64,000 bases of DNA from Thermodesulfovibrionia bacterium (GCA_020057065.1 JAGVGM010000277.1:1794-65793); one strand, 5' to 3'. Shown: positions 1 to 10,500, counted from the stretch's first letter. Numbers and translations are program-made. The notes: a model not told the origin generated them from the sequence alone.

Positions 1-2
1 TT

Positions 3-2159
3 AAGAAGTTGCAGGGCAGAACTGAAGATCTGATAAATATTTATCTGAAGATTATTGAGACGGATCCAAATGATATGAATGCGCACCTGGATCTGGGATT
101 TACTTACCTGCAAGGTAAAAAAATTGGGCTGGCAGAAAGTATATCGGATAAGATGCAGAAAGCGCGCAAGGACAATGCGGAGGCTTTATATTTAAAGGGT
201 GCAGTACGCTTAAACCAGGGGAAGATCGAAGAGGCCCTGGCTTTGCTTCAGAAATCTCTGAAGATCAAGGCATTGCCTGGAACATATTACTTTCTCGGGC
301 TCTGCCGTTTTGAAAATGGAGATTTGGAACAGGCGACAGGTGATTTCCAGAAAGTGATAGACCTGAGACCGGATATGATACAGCCACGTTTGCTGCTGAC
401 TGCAATACATTTAAAGAAAGGGCGTCCTGAAGAAGCGGAAAAAGAAGCTAAAAAGGCATTAAGCATTGATGACAAAAATGCAGTTGCACATAATCTGCTT
501 GGAAGTGTTTATCTGGCCCAGGGCAAAGGCGATATGGCAATGGAAGAATTTGACAGAGCCCTTGAGCTTAACCCTCAGCTTGTTGACGCCCACATCAAAA
601 AAGGAACGATCAGTTTAGAGTCAGGAAATGATCAAATGGCTGAGACAGAGTTCTTAAATGCTGTAAAAATCGCGCCTGAGGTGCTTAACATCAGGATTAT
701 GCTTGCCAAATACTACATCAAGCGTGAAAAATTTCATGAGGCTGTCAATATACTAAAGCAGGGCTTGAAAGGCAATGAAAGTGATGCGGTTATTTACAAT
801 ATTATTGGAGCAGCGTATCTTGGCGCCAAGGATATGGAAAACAGCAGGCAAAACTTTGAGAAAGCGATATCTGCTAATCCAAAAATATTTCTTCCGTATT
901 ATAATTTGGCCCTTCTGTATCTTAACAAGGGTGAGAAAGAAATGGCGGTAAAAGAATACAAGAAAATTCTTGATATTGATAAAAGAAATGTTGCTGCATT
1001 GCTTATGCTGGCAAAGGTTATGGATGCTGATAAGAAAGATAAAGAAGCTCTTTCTTTTTACATGAAAGCAAAAGAGACGGGAGAAGAGATCGCATATTTG
1101 TCGCTTGCCGGATATTATCAGGCAAAAAGTGATGATAAACAGGCGCTGAAAGTTCTTCATGAAGCATTAAGCTTCGACCCCAGATATAAACATGCCAAAG
1201 AGATGATCGGGCGTCTATTAATTAGCGAAAAGAACTATAAGGAAGCCATTTTGGTGTCTAAAGACTTAAAGGAATCATCCCCCGAAATGGGCGCTGAAAT
1301 GACAGCGGATGTATATATGGCGATGGGAGAATATGATAAAGCCGTAAATGAAATGAAAGGTTTATTGATCAAGGATAACAAGAGGATAGATATCTTAGTG
1401 AAGATAGTTAACCTATACATAAAAAAGAAAGATTTTATAAATGCCGAGAAAACAGCAAGAGATATTATTTCTTCGAAACCTCAAGGCGATGCGGGTTATC
1501 TGATCCTGTCTTCAGTATATATGGAAAACCATCAGTTCAGGGAAGCTCTTGACGCTGTAAAAAAGGCACTGGAGCTGAATCCGGGGAATATAGAGACTCG
1601 GGCGGCTATCGGCAGGATCTATATATCTATGAAAGAGCTTCAGAAAGCGAGTGAGATTTTCGAAGAACTCGAAAGATCAACCCCAAAATATGTGCCGGCT
1701 TTTTTTTATCAGGCGCAGATTCTGGAGCAGAAGGGCCAAAAGAAAGATGCAGCAGAAAAATATAATGAATTATTGAAGTTATCTCCAAATTATGCACCTG
1801 CGCTCAATAATCTGGCATATTTATTTATAGAAGGATATGGTCCAATTGATAAGGCAGTAGAAATGTCTCAGAAAGCAAAAAAGTTAATGCCCGGTGACGG
1901 GGGTACAACAGATACTTTGGGATGGGCACTGTATCATGCCGGCAAATATGACGAAGCTTTAACATATTTGATAGAGGCCACATATTATCTGCCTGGTGAA
2001 CCCGCGGTCAGGTATCATCTGGCGCTTGTGTATCTGAAAAAAGGCATACAGGACAAAGCTGAGGAACAATTGAAAAATTCAATTCGTTTGGGGCGGATTT
2101 CTCCTTTTTCTGAGTTGCAGGAGGCACAGGCAAATCTTTCAGGAATGAAAAAGAAATAA
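3..2159 (+). CDS. prsT: PEP-CTERM system TPR-repeat protein (PrsT-like); 5' end cut by the window edge
   Basis: The frame is open back to nt 3. It encodes more than 700 aa of consecutive TPR units. It lies directly upstream of the initiating sugar transferase, as in type-1 exosortase loci. Confidence 0.75.
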   Translation, partial: KKLQGRTEDLINIYLKIIETDPNDMNAHLDLGFTYLQGKKIGLAESISDKMQKARKDNAEALYLKGAVRLNQGKIEEALALLQKSLKIKALPGTYYFLGLCRFENGDLEQATGDFQKVIDLRPDMIQPRLLLTAIHLKKGRPEEAEKEAKKALSIDDKNAVAHNLLGSVYLAQGKGDMAMEEFDRALELNPQLVDAHIKKGTISLESGNDQMAETEFLNAVKIAPEVLNIRIMLAKYYIKREKFHEAVNILKQGLKGNESDAVIYNIIGAAYLGAKDMENSRQNFEKAISANPKIFLPYYNLALLYLNKGEKEMAVKEYKKILDIDKRNVAALLMLAKVMDADKKDKEALSFYMKAKETGEEIAYLSLAGYYQAKSDDKQALKVLHEALSFDPRYKHAKEMIGRLLISEKNYKEAILVSKDLKESSPEMGAEMTADVYMAMGEYDKAVNEMKGLLIKDNKRIDILVKIVNLYIKKKDFINAEKTARDIISSKPQGDAGYLILSSVYMENHQFREALDAVKKALELNPGNIETRAAIGRIYISMKELQKASEIFEELERSTPKYVPAFFYQAQILEQKGQKKDAAEKYNELLKLSPNYAPALNNLAYLFIEGYGPIDKAVEMSQKAKKLMPGDGGTTDTLGWALYHAGKYDEALTYLIEATYYLPGEPAVRYHLALVYLKKGIQDKAEEQLKNSIRLGRISPFSELQEAQANLSGMKKK

Positions 2160-2163
2160 GTTT

Positions 2164-3537
2164 ATGAAGAATCTATCTGCATCAAAAAGCATCTTGCTGA
2201 TCGCCGGAGACATACTAATCTCCATGCTATCGGTTTATGCGGGAACATATTTAAGATTATATGTTTATCCTGTGGAACTGAATAGATATTTCCCATTAAT
2301 GCCAAAGGCAGCATTATTCGCTTTTCTCGTAATAAGTATATATTTTTTCGTGGATCTTTATGATGTAGAGAAAAACGACGGGAAAAAAGAATTATTTTCA
2401 AAAATATTTCTTGCGAATCTTGTTGCTATTATGATAACCGGCGCATTTTATTATTTTATTCCTGATGTTCAGCTTGGGAGGGGTATCTTATTTTTATCCT
2501 TCAGCATTACCGTGATATTCAGCATATTCTGGCATATAGTTTATGGAAAAATCTTGAAACTTCCGGTTATTTCGAGCAGAGTTCTGGTACTCGGTACCGG
2601 CCAGATCGCACAAACGATGGGTAATCTAATGCTCAGGAATAATAACGGACTTACATTGGCTGGTTATGTCAACTGTTCCGGTGAAGCAGTTCATGTTCCC
2701 AGAGAGAATATAGTCGGTAATGGGAATGAATTGCTCGAATTAGCGACAAGGGAAAAAGCGCAGAAAATTGTTGTTTCTCTTTCTGAAAGAAGAGGTACAT
2801 TCCCTGTCAGGGAAGTGCTTAACTGCAAATTGCAGGGAATAGATATTATCGATGGATTGTCTTTTTATGAACAGATAACCGGGAAATTACTTATTGAGAA
2901 CATGAATCCAAGCCACCTGATCTTCTCTGATGGATTCAGAGTGACCGTTATCCGCCGTTATTTAAAACGTCTGTTTGACTTATTTTTTGCGATTACAGGC
3001 ATTATTTTCTCAATACCCTTGTTGCTCATTATTCCTGTTTTGATAAAACTTGAATCAAAAGGCCCGGTCCTTTTCAGGCAGAGACGTGTTGGAGAAGGTG
3101 AGAAGAGTTTTGCGCTATATAAATTCAGGACCATGCTTGATGGAGCTGAGGAAAAAACAGGTCCTGTGTGGTCCAGGGAAGGCGATAACCGGATAACGAA
3201 AATAGGGAAATTCCTTCGACGGACGCGTTTTGATGAAATTCCCCAGTTGTTTAATGTTATTCTTGGTGTAATGAGTTTTGTCGGCCCAAGACCGGAAAGG
3301 CCTTTCTTTGTTGACTCATTAAAGAAACAAATACCCTATTACTCGGAAAGACATTGCATTAAGCCCGGGATTACAGGATGGGCACAGGTAAAATATGAAT
3401 ATGGCGACTCAATTGAAGATACTATTGAAAAACTGAGATATGACCTCTATTATATAAAATATCAGGCGTTTTCTCTTGACCTCCTTATAGTGCTGGATAC
3501 AATTAAAGTTGTCTTTTTTGGCAAGGGAGGAAGATAG
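2164..3537 (+). CDS. Polyprenyl-phosphate glycosyl-1-phosphate transferase (initiating sugar transferase, EpsB/WbaP-like)
   Basis: N-terminal TM helices plus a C-terminal bacterial sugar transferase domain (RLFDLFFAITGIIFSIPLLLII, KGPVLFRQRRVG, YKFRTM, DEIPQLFNVILGVMSFVGPRPERP). Confidence 0.9.
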   Translation: MKNLSASKSILLIAGDILISMLSVYAGTYLRLYVYPVELNRYFPLMPKAALFAFLVISIYFFVDLYDVEKNDGKKELFSKIFLANLVAIMITGAFYYFIPDVQLGRGILFLSFSITVIFSIFWHIVYGKILKLPVISSRVLVLGTGQIAQTMGNLMLRNNNGLTLAGYVNCSGEAVHVPRENIVGNGNELLELATREKAQKIVVSLSERRGTFPVREVLNCKLQGIDIIDGLSFYEQITGKLLIENMNPSHLIFSDGFRVTVIRRYLKRLFDLFFAITGIIFSIPLLLIIPVLIKLESKGPVLFRQRRVGEGEKSFALYKFRTMLDGAEEKTGPVWSREGDNRITKIGKFLRRTRFDEIPQLFNVILGVMSFVGPRPERPFFVDSLKKQIPYYSERHCIKPGITGWAQVKYEYGDSIEDTIEKLRYDLYYIKYQAFSLDLLIVLDTIKVVFFGKGGR

Positions 3538-3576
3538 AAGTATATTATATTAAAGAATATTTCAATTTTATCCGAA

Positions 3577-4410
3577 ATGAGAACAATTGGAGGGAATGTG
3601 AAGAAGAAGTTTATTTTCTATATTATAGTGTTTTTGTTGTTTTCAGTTAATGTTTTTGCGAAAGATTACGTAATTGGAGATGGGGACAAGCTTCAGATAT
3701 CTGTTTGGGGCAATCCTGAGATCAGCGTTGAAGACGCTGTTGTCAGACCTGACGGAAAGATATCTATCCCGGCAATAGGTGATGTAAAAGCGTCCGGGTT
3801 GACGCCAATGGAGTTGACCGATGTGCTTTCAAGAGAAATAACCAAAGTGGTGAAAACTCCCATTGTTACCGTGATAGTAAAAGAAATGAAAAATTACAGG
3901 ATATTTGTTTTGGGGAGAGGAGTCGTTGCAGGAGTTCAAACACTTACGAAGGAGACGACACTTCTTGAGTTTCTGTCACAATTGGGTTCTTTGGCAAATG
4001 CCGATCTGGGGAATGCATATCTTGTAAGAGACAAGAAGATGATAAAAAAAGATTTTTACAAGTTATACGAGAAGGTTGACTTTAGCCAGGATATAGTCCT
4101 TGAACCTAACGACATGCTGTTTATCCCGGACAATTTTGAGAATAGGATAATTGTTGTCGGTGAAATTAAACAACCTGCTGTTATCATTACTTATAGAGAG
4201 GGAACGACATTTTTAGATGTGATTTTAACAGTCGGAGGCTTCACCGAGTTTGCAGCCGAAAATGATGTGGAGATCTTAAGAAAAAAAGAAAATGGCGAGA
4301 GAACAAGGATAGTTATCAGGGCGAAAGATTTAATGAAAAAAGGAGATATAACTAAAAATATCCCGATGATGCCAGGTGACTATGTTGTTGTAAAAGAAAG
4401 TTTGTTTTAG
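3577..4410 (+). CDS. Polysaccharide export protein (Wza/EpsA-like)
   Basis: Signal peptide, and a Poly_export-type motif (YVIGDGDKLQISVWGNPE...VRPDGKISIPAIGDVKASGLTPMEL). An alternative start at GTG 3598 is preceded by GGAGGG. Confidence 0.85.
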   Translation: MRTIGGNVKKKFIFYIIVFLLFSVNVFAKDYVIGDGDKLQISVWGNPEISVEDAVVRPDGKISIPAIGDVKASGLTPMELTDVLSREITKVVKTPIVTVIVKEMKNYRIFVLGRGVVAGVQTLTKETTLLEFLSQLGSLANADLGNAYLVRDKKMIKKDFYKLYEKVDFSQDIVLEPNDMLFIPDNFENRIIVVGEIKQPAVIITYREGTTFLDVILTVGGFTEFAAENDVEILRKKENGERTRIVIRAKDLMKKGDITKNIPMMPGDYVVVKESLF

Positions 4411-4443
4411 CATTAGACTTTACAGTTCAGGAGATATTAAGAC

Positions 4444-6009
4444 ATGGAAGAAAAAGTAGAGCTGGATATAAAAAAATACTGGCGAATAATAGTCGGCAGA
4501 AGGCATATATTCATTGCAGTTGCGCTGAGCTGCATATCCGTTATAGTTTGGGGAAGCTTTTTTCTCCCCAAGATATACGAGGCTAAATCAACCGTTATGA
4601 TTGAAAGAAACATTATCAACAGTCTGGTCAAGAATTTAGCTATACCGGTGACGCTGGATGAAAGACTGAATGTGCTTTCCAATATAATGACAAGCAGACA
4701 GATCATCTTAAAGGTGATAGATGATCTTGATCTTAATGTAAAGAGCGGGAAACAGACAGATATTGAAAACCTTGTACAGAATTTCCAAAATGAAACCAAG
4801 ATCAAGATGACTAAATCCGTCACTAAAAAAGATTCGACGGACTGGTTTTCCGTCACTTACAAAGACAAAAACCCGAAGCTCGCAAGAGATTTTATCAACA
4901 CGCTGGTCAGACGTTATGTTGAAGATAACCTGTCGGCAAAGAAAGAGGAATCTTTCGAGGCCAATAAATTTCTTATGGAGCAGAGGAACTTTTTTCAGGC
5001 GAAAATAGATGCCGCAGAGGTGAAGATACTTGAATTCAGAAGAAGCAGGGGCATTTTTATAGCCCTCGATGAAAAGGCAGTGGTTGGAGAGATAAAAGCA
5101 GCTGAGGAGAATATCGAGGCCATAGGACTTCAAAGGATGGAGCTGCAGGCCAGGAAGAACATGACGGAAAAACAGCTTAAAGAGGAGAAGCCATACACAG
5201 TGGCGATGCTTGGCAAGACAAAAGGGGAGTCTTTGAATGACAGACTGCTATCGCTTCAGAATAAGTTTAACGATCTGCTGGTAAGATACACAGAAAACTA
5301 TCCCGAGGTTATTAAGGTGAAGGCGGAAATCGAAATATTGAAAAAACAGATACAGGCCAGCTCCTCACCGGAAGCAAGCTCGCAGGGGATGCAGGGCTCT
5401 GAGACTGAAATGACAACCCTGAATCCGTTTCACCAGAAACTTAAGGAAGAGCTTGCAAAGATTGACCTTGAGCTTGCGGCGCTTGCAGCGAAAGAAAAAC
5501 ATTTAATAGCCGCCATTGTTACGAAGAAGAGGTATCTGAGCGATATCCCCCTTGATAAGAAAAACCTTGCTGATCTTGAGAGAGAGAGGGACACATACAA
5601 GAAGATAGAGGACGAGCTTGTTGTGAAGCTCGGGCAGAGTGAAGTTTCCAAACAGATGGAGATAGAGGACAAGACGGAGACTTTTCGGGTAATAGATCCT
5701 GCTATTTTACCGACTAAGCCTGTAAGTCCCAACAGGGTTTTAATTATTCTTGCGGGTTTTTTGGGAGGAATTGCCGCAGGATTCGGAACGGTGCTTCTGC
5801 TTGATAACTTTGATAGTTCGATGAAAACGGTCGACCAACTCAAAAAGGATTTCAGAATGCCTGTTCTCGCCGTGATCCCGCAGATCGTTACCGACGAGGA
5901 GGTAAACAAAATGAGAAAAATGGACCGGAAGGTTTACGCCATTTCTTTGGCATACCTTTCAATAATAGGTATTCTTTTTCTAAAAGAAGCTATTGCTATG
6001 TTCCTGTAA
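4444..6009 (+). CDS. Polysaccharide chain-length determinant (Wzz/GumC-like PCP)
   Basis: N- and C-terminal TM helices flank a long coiled-coil periplasmic region. AGGAG precedes the ATG. It is paired with the downstream BY-kinase-like ATPase. Confidence 0.85.
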   Translation: MEEKVELDIKKYWRIIVGRRHIFIAVALSCISVIVWGSFFLPKIYEAKSTVMIERNIINSLVKNLAIPVTLDERLNVLSNIMTSRQIILKVIDDLDLNVKSGKQTDIENLVQNFQNETKIKMTKSVTKKDSTDWFSVTYKDKNPKLARDFINTLVRRYVEDNLSAKKEESFEANKFLMEQRNFFQAKIDAAEVKILEFRRSRGIFIALDEKAVVGEIKAAEENIEAIGLQRMELQARKNMTEKQLKEEKPYTVAMLGKTKGESLNDRLLSLQNKFNDLLVRYTENYPEVIKVKAEIEILKKQIQASSSPEASSQGMQGSETEMTTLNPFHQKLKEELAKIDLELAALAAKEKHLIAAIVTKKRYLSDIPLDKKNLADLERERDTYKKIEDELVVKLGQSEVSKQMEIEDKTETFRVIDPAILPTKPVSPNRVLIILAGFLGGIAAGFGTVLLLDNFDSSMKTVDQLKKDFRMPVLAVIPQIVTDEEVNKMRKMDRKVYAISLAYLSIIGILFLKEAIAMFL

Positions 6010-6031
6010 GGAATATCGGGAGAGGAAATAA

Positions 6032-6838
6032 ATGAGCAGGATTGAAGAAGCATTGGAAAAAGCAAAAAAAATAAGAGAGGTGGAACTTCGTGAAACAGCA
6101 AGTTCAAAAGATGTTTTCAGGAAGGTTGAATCCAGAAAGGTTGATAATCAGTATGTTATCACAATGACTAACCCTGACTCGCCTGTTGCAGAGGAATATA
6201 GAAGGCTGAAATCAATGCTTATCCGGGAGACAAAACCGGACTTTCTTAATACGGTCATGGTTACAAGTTCTATTGAAAGAGAAGGTAAAAGCATTACATC
6301 TTTAAATCTTGCGATAACGCTCGCACAGGAGATTGACCATACTATCCTTCTTATTGATGCGGATCTCAGAAGGCCAATGTTGCATGAGTATCTCGGGATC
6401 GAAGTTAAGTACGGACTTTCCGATTATTTAACTCAGGATATTGATATAGAAAAAGTATTAGTAAAGACAGGCATCGGCAATCTTATATTATTGCCTGCCG
6501 GGCATTCCGTTGAAAATCCGGCGGAACTGCTTTCTTCCCAGAAGATGAAAGATCTTGTGAACGAAGTTAAGCATCGTTACATGGACAGATATGTTATTAT
6601 TGACACACCACCGATCTTGCAGTTTGCTGACGCTATTTCAATAGGGTCACTTGTCGATGGGGTTGTTTTTGTTGTAAAAGAAGCAACTGCACAAAAGAAG
6701 TCAATTGAGAATGCATTGAATTTAATAAAGGACTTGAAGATCTTAGGGATTGTATTTAACTGTGCAAGCGTAGACAATCTTGATGGTCATTACTCAAAAT
6801 ACTATTATTACAATAAAAAAAAGAAAAAAGGGGGGTAG
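6032..6838 (+). CDS. BY-kinase-like ATPase (EpsG-like tyrosine autokinase of the PEP-CTERM locus)
   Basis: Walker A-like SSIEREGKS, Walker A' LLIDADLRRP, Walker B VIIDTPP, and a C-terminal Tyr cluster YSKYYYYNKKKKKGG. Confidence 0.8.
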   Translation: MSRIEEALEKAKKIREVELRETASSKDVFRKVESRKVDNQYVITMTNPDSPVAEEYRRLKSMLIRETKPDFLNTVMVTSSIEREGKSITSLNLAITLAQEIDHTILLIDADLRRPMLHEYLGIEVKYGLSDYLTQDIDIEKVLVKTGIGNLILLPAGHSVENPAELLSSQKMKDLVNEVKHRYMDRYVIIDTPPILQFADAISIGSLVDGVVFVVKEATAQKKSIENALNLIKDLKILGIVFNCASVDNLDGHYSKYYYYNKKKKKGG

Positions 6839-6840
6839 GA

Positions 6841-8094
6841 ATGAAAAATATCATATGTCTTTGTTCATTGGCAGTAGCGTTGTTTGCAAATGTTAGCTCT
6901 TCAATTGCTAAAGTTGATATAACCCCGAGTGTTACTTTAAGGGAAGAATATAACGATAATTTATTTCTGACAGAATCAGCTGAAGAATTTGATTATATAA
7001 CAAAGATATCTCCTGGCATCTTAATTGAATATTCTCCAGGCAGTTCATTGGACCTCAGTCTTGATTATCGTCTCGACTTCAGATTTTACAGCCGGAACAG
7101 CAAGTATAATGATACGAGTCTAAAAGACACTCAAAACGTCAACTTTAAGGCACAGGCAAGACCGTTGAGCAGAGTTTTTATTGATGTATTTGATATCTAC
7201 AAAAGAGTTCCGATTGATATTAGAAGAAAATATGCTTCCGGGAATGATTTCCAAAATATGACAGAAAGTAATGTATTTACAATTTCTCCTTATATAACAA
7301 CCCCTTTGTCGTCTACTCTCTCAACAACCTTGGGATATACATATAACAATAATTGGTATGGCAGTAAGGAAAACACTGATTCGGAAAGCCATGCAGCTTT
7401 TTTAGAGCTTACCAATAGGTTTTCATCTAAATTGTCCGGAGAATTAAAGTATGACTTTTACAAATACCTTCCGGGTGAGCATAAAACTTCTAAGTTTATT
7501 GAAGATTATGGTAAACACAGCGGTTCCATAGGGTTAACCTATCAGATAGGACCAAGCTTAACAATAAATGGACAAGCAGGAAAATCATATTTTAATTTCG
7601 AGACCAGAGATAATAAGCAAGATAATTTCTGGAATATTAATGCTGATTACAATATTAAGAAGAGTACATCTTTAGGAGCAGGGTATAGCACCACTTTGAA
7701 AGATTCATCTACTTTGGGAGCATACAAAAGCCGTAGAATTGATATGTATTTTAAAACAGAAACACCAATAAAACTATCAATAAATCCGTATCATTCACGT
7801 GATGAATATTCAGGTAATGATAGAAAAGATACAATCACTGGAATTAATGCCAATATTGTATTCCCTTTGACCAAGAAAATAGACCTTTTATGCGACGGGC
7901 TATGGGAAAGACAGAAATTTCAGCCTAAAGATGAAAAGGTTAATAAATATTCAGCAGGGCTATCCCTGGATTACAAGTACAGGGAGAAATTAACAGCCAG
8001 TCTTGGTTATAAGTACGATGGCAGGGATTCAAATATAGATACAAATAGTTTTACCAATAACATCATCTTCTTACAGGCTAAAGTGGTTTTTTAG
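6841..8094 (+). CDS. Outer-membrane beta-barrel protein associated with PEP-CTERM loci
   Basis: Signal peptide MKNIICLCSLAVALFANVSSSIA, an amphipathic beta-strand pattern rich in Y/N/S/T, and a terminal aromatic residue (...QAKVVF). Confidence 0.7.
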   Translation: MKNIICLCSLAVALFANVSSSIAKVDITPSVTLREEYNDNLFLTESAEEFDYITKISPGILIEYSPGSSLDLSLDYRLDFRFYSRNSKYNDTSLKDTQNVNFKAQARPLSRVFIDVFDIYKRVPIDIRRKYASGNDFQNMTESNVFTISPYITTPLSSTLSTTLGYTYNNNWYGSKENTDSESHAAFLELTNRFSSKLSGELKYDFYKYLPGEHKTSKFIEDYGKHSGSIGLTYQIGPSLTINGQAGKSYFNFETRDNKQDNFWNINADYNIKKSTSLGAGYSTTLKDSSTLGAYKSRRIDMYFKTETPIKLSINPYHSRDEYSGNDRKDTITGINANIVFPLTKKIDLLCDGLWERQKFQPKDEKVNKYSAGLSLDYKYREKLTASLGYKYDGRDSNIDTNSFTNNIIFLQAKVVF

Positions 8095-8103
8095 GCAACC
8101 AAG

Positions 8104-9300
8104 ATGTATGAAAGACATTTTTCATTTAAACATAAACCGTTTGATTTAGTCCCTAATCCGGACTTTCTCTTTTTAAGCAGTACCCATCAGAAAGCTATTA
8201 CTTACCTTGATTACGGTATAAAGGAAAAGATCGGTTTTATCCTGCTGACAGGCGAGATCGGTTCTGGCAAGACAACAATAATCCGGAATCTTATTAAGAG
8301 TCTGAACGGTTCATTTAAACTTTCAAGAATCCATAATACAAAAATATCCTCTGAGCAGCTTATATCAATGGTCAATGAAGATTTTGGCCTGAATATCGAG
8401 GGCAAAAATAAAACAAGATTGTTGAGCGAATTAAATGTGTTTCTTGTTGAGCAGTATTCAAGGAAATTTCAGACTATATTGCTGATTGACGAGGCGCAGA
8501 ATCTTTCACCGGATTTATTGGAGGAAATAAGACTTCTTTCCAATCTTGAGACCGACAGGGCCAAACTTCTTCAGATAATACTCGTAGGACAGCCGGATTT
8601 AAAGAAGACCCTTATGCTTCCTGAATTAATGCAATTGCGGCAGCGCATTAACATCTCCTATCATATTGCGCCTCTGACAGTCGATGAGACAGCAAAATAT
8701 ATAAAGCATCGTCTTACTGTTGCCGGAAACCCTGAGGCTATAAAGTTTGATGAGGATATGCTGCCGCTTATCTATCAATTCAGTAGAGGTATTCCGAGAC
8801 TGATAAATATCCTATGCGATTTTGCACTGCTTACCGCTTTTGTTGAGGGGAAAAAAGAAGTAACCGTTGACATTATGCGGGAAGTTGAAAAAGATCTTGA
8901 AAAGAACAATTACTGGAACGGATCTGAGGTTCAGGAGGCGGGAAAATTTAAGGAACAAGACCTGTTGAGCGTAATTGGGGATATTCCGCTAAGGATATAC
9001 AAACTCGAAGATATTGTAAAAAATAATCTTCAGGAGATTTTTTCTGTAAAGGAAAAAATTATTCAATTAGATGGGTATATGTCCAGGTCAAGTAATGGTC
9101 GGAAGGATATTCAAATAAACGAACTTTATGAACGTATATCCAGGCTCGAGAGTATGTTTTCTGATATAACCTCAATGAAGGAAAGTGATGACTCCTTTAC
9201 AGGAAATGATAAGACTGAAAAGTTAAACAATGTATCAGAACAGATTGAGATTTTAACAGATACAATCAGTAACTTGAACAAAAAAATAAAGAATCAGTAA
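8104..9300 (+). CDS. AAA ATPase, ExeA/EpsE-like (PEP-CTERM locus subfamily)
   Basis: Walker A GEIGSGKTT, Walker B LLIDEAQNL, and a conserved position after the OM barrel gene. Confidence 0.8.
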   Translation: MYERHFSFKHKPFDLVPNPDFLFLSSTHQKAITYLDYGIKEKIGFILLTGEIGSGKTTIIRNLIKSLNGSFKLSRIHNTKISSEQLISMVNEDFGLNIEGKNKTRLLSELNVFLVEQYSRKFQTILLIDEAQNLSPDLLEEIRLLSNLETDRAKLLQIILVGQPDLKKTLMLPELMQLRQRINISYHIAPLTVDETAKYIKHRLTVAGNPEAIKFDEDMLPLIYQFSRGIPRLINILCDFALLTAFVEGKKEVTVDIMREVEKDLEKNNYWNGSEVQEAGKFKEQDLLSVIGDIPLRIYKLEDIVKNNLQEIFSVKEKIIQLDGYMSRSSNGRKDIQINELYERISRLESMFSDITSMKESDDSFTGNDKTEKLNNVSEQIEILTDTISNLNKKIKNQ

Positions 9301-9516
9301 CAAAATTCATCTCTTGTCCTGTTAAATTTTAAAAATTTGACGCATTAACCAAATGAGAGAAGGTCTATTAATTGTCAAAATGTTACTGAGAAGGCGGAGC
9401 ATTGCCAAATCACACAAAATAATATATCTGGTATAAGCTTATACACATTCTCATCTGCTGTTTAATGGTAGCTTTCGTTTAATTAATGCAACGTAAAAAG
9501 TTTTGTTACAGTTTCT

Positions 9517-9567
9517 AAAATCTCCCCTAACCCCTCTTTGTCAAAGAGGGGGATGAAGGGGGATTTT
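9517..9567. repeat. Nested palindrome, family 1 (solo unit)
   Basis: AAAATCTCCCCTAACCCCTCTTTG/TCAAAGAGGGGGATGAAGGGGGATTTT. The outer arms AAAATC-C4 / G5-ATTTT enclose the inner hairpin CCCCTCTTTG/CAAAGAGGGG. Confidence 0.85.
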
Positions 9568-9630
9568 GTAATTTTATTTGTTACGTTTGTATTAGTTATA
9601 TTTTTAGCTGCTGCAGAATTATCCCACAAT

Positions 9631-10500
9631 ATGGCAAATGATATATTAAATTATATGACGATAGATGTTGAAGATTATTATCATGTTTCTGCATTTGAAC
9701 ACGTCATAGGACCCGGGAAATGGGATAGTTACAACTCGAGGATCCTAGAGAATACAGCAGTTATCCTCGACTTGCTTGACAGGCAAAATGTCCATGCTAC
9801 TTTTTTTGTGCTTGGGTGGATAGCAGAGAAGTTCCCTCGTTTACTCAAAGAGATATATAACAGGGGTCACGAAATAGGATGTCACAGTTATTTCCACCGT
9901 TTAATATACAAGCTCTCACCTGAAGAATTTAAAGAAGATACAAGAAAAGCCAAAGACGTTCTTGAGCAAATTACCGGAAGTCCTGTCATGGGTTATCGCG
10001 CGCCGAGTTACTCAGTTACGAAAAATACTTTATGGGCGCTTGATATTTTAGAGGAACTTGGCTTCAGATATGATTCGAGCATATTCCCGATCATTCATGA
10101 CAGATACGGGATAGCGGGTTTCCCCCGTTTTATGTACAAATTCCCTGACAGGAGCATAATTGAATATCCGCTGACCACCTTCCTTCTGTTCGGGGTTAAT
10201 CTGCCTGTTTCCGGAGGGGGATATTTTCGATTATTCCCTTATTTCTTTACAAGAATGTTCTTGAAAAAAATCAACAGGAATGAAAAACAACCTTTTGTTT
10301 TTTACCTCCATCCATGGGAAATAGATCCTGATCAGCCGGTAATAAAAGGATCTGGCGTTATGTCGAGATTCAGACATTACAATAATCTTAAAAAAACAAC
10401 CGGCCGTTTTGAAAGATTGCTTAAGGATTTTAAATTCAGGCCGATCATCGACAACCGGGAAGAAAGAGTTAAGAGTCAGGAGTCAGGAGTCAGGAGTTAA
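9631..10500 (+). CDS. Polysaccharide deacetylase (CE4), PEP-CTERM locus subfamily
   Basis: MTIDVEDYYHV..., FFVLGWIAEKFP, HEIGCHSYFH and YRAPSYS. The ORF-track start at 9538 (TTG) lies inside the palindrome, so ATG 9631 is preferred. The C-terminus runs into a heptamer tandem repeat. Confidence 0.85.
   Translation: MANDILNYMTIDVEDYYHVSAFEHVIGPGKWDSYNSRILENTAVILDLLDRQNVHATFFVLGWIAEKFPRLLKEIYNRGHEIGCHSYFHRLIYKLSPEEFKEDTRKAKDVLEQITGSPVMGYRAPSYSVTKNTLWALDILEELGFRYDSSIFPIIHDRYGIAGFPRFMYKFPDRSIIEYPLTTFLLFGVNLPVSGGGYFRLFPYFFTRMFLKKINRNEKQPFVFYLHPWEIDPDQPVIKGSGVMSRFRHYNNLKKTTGRFERLLKDFKFRPIIDNREERVKSQESGVRS

Noticed and set aside
4437-5909. Several 139-159-aa minus-strand ORFs (4437-4856, 4708-5133, 5430-5909)
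   Set aside because: All are antisense shadows of the chain-length determinant gene, whose coiled-coil codon bias generates open antisense frames.
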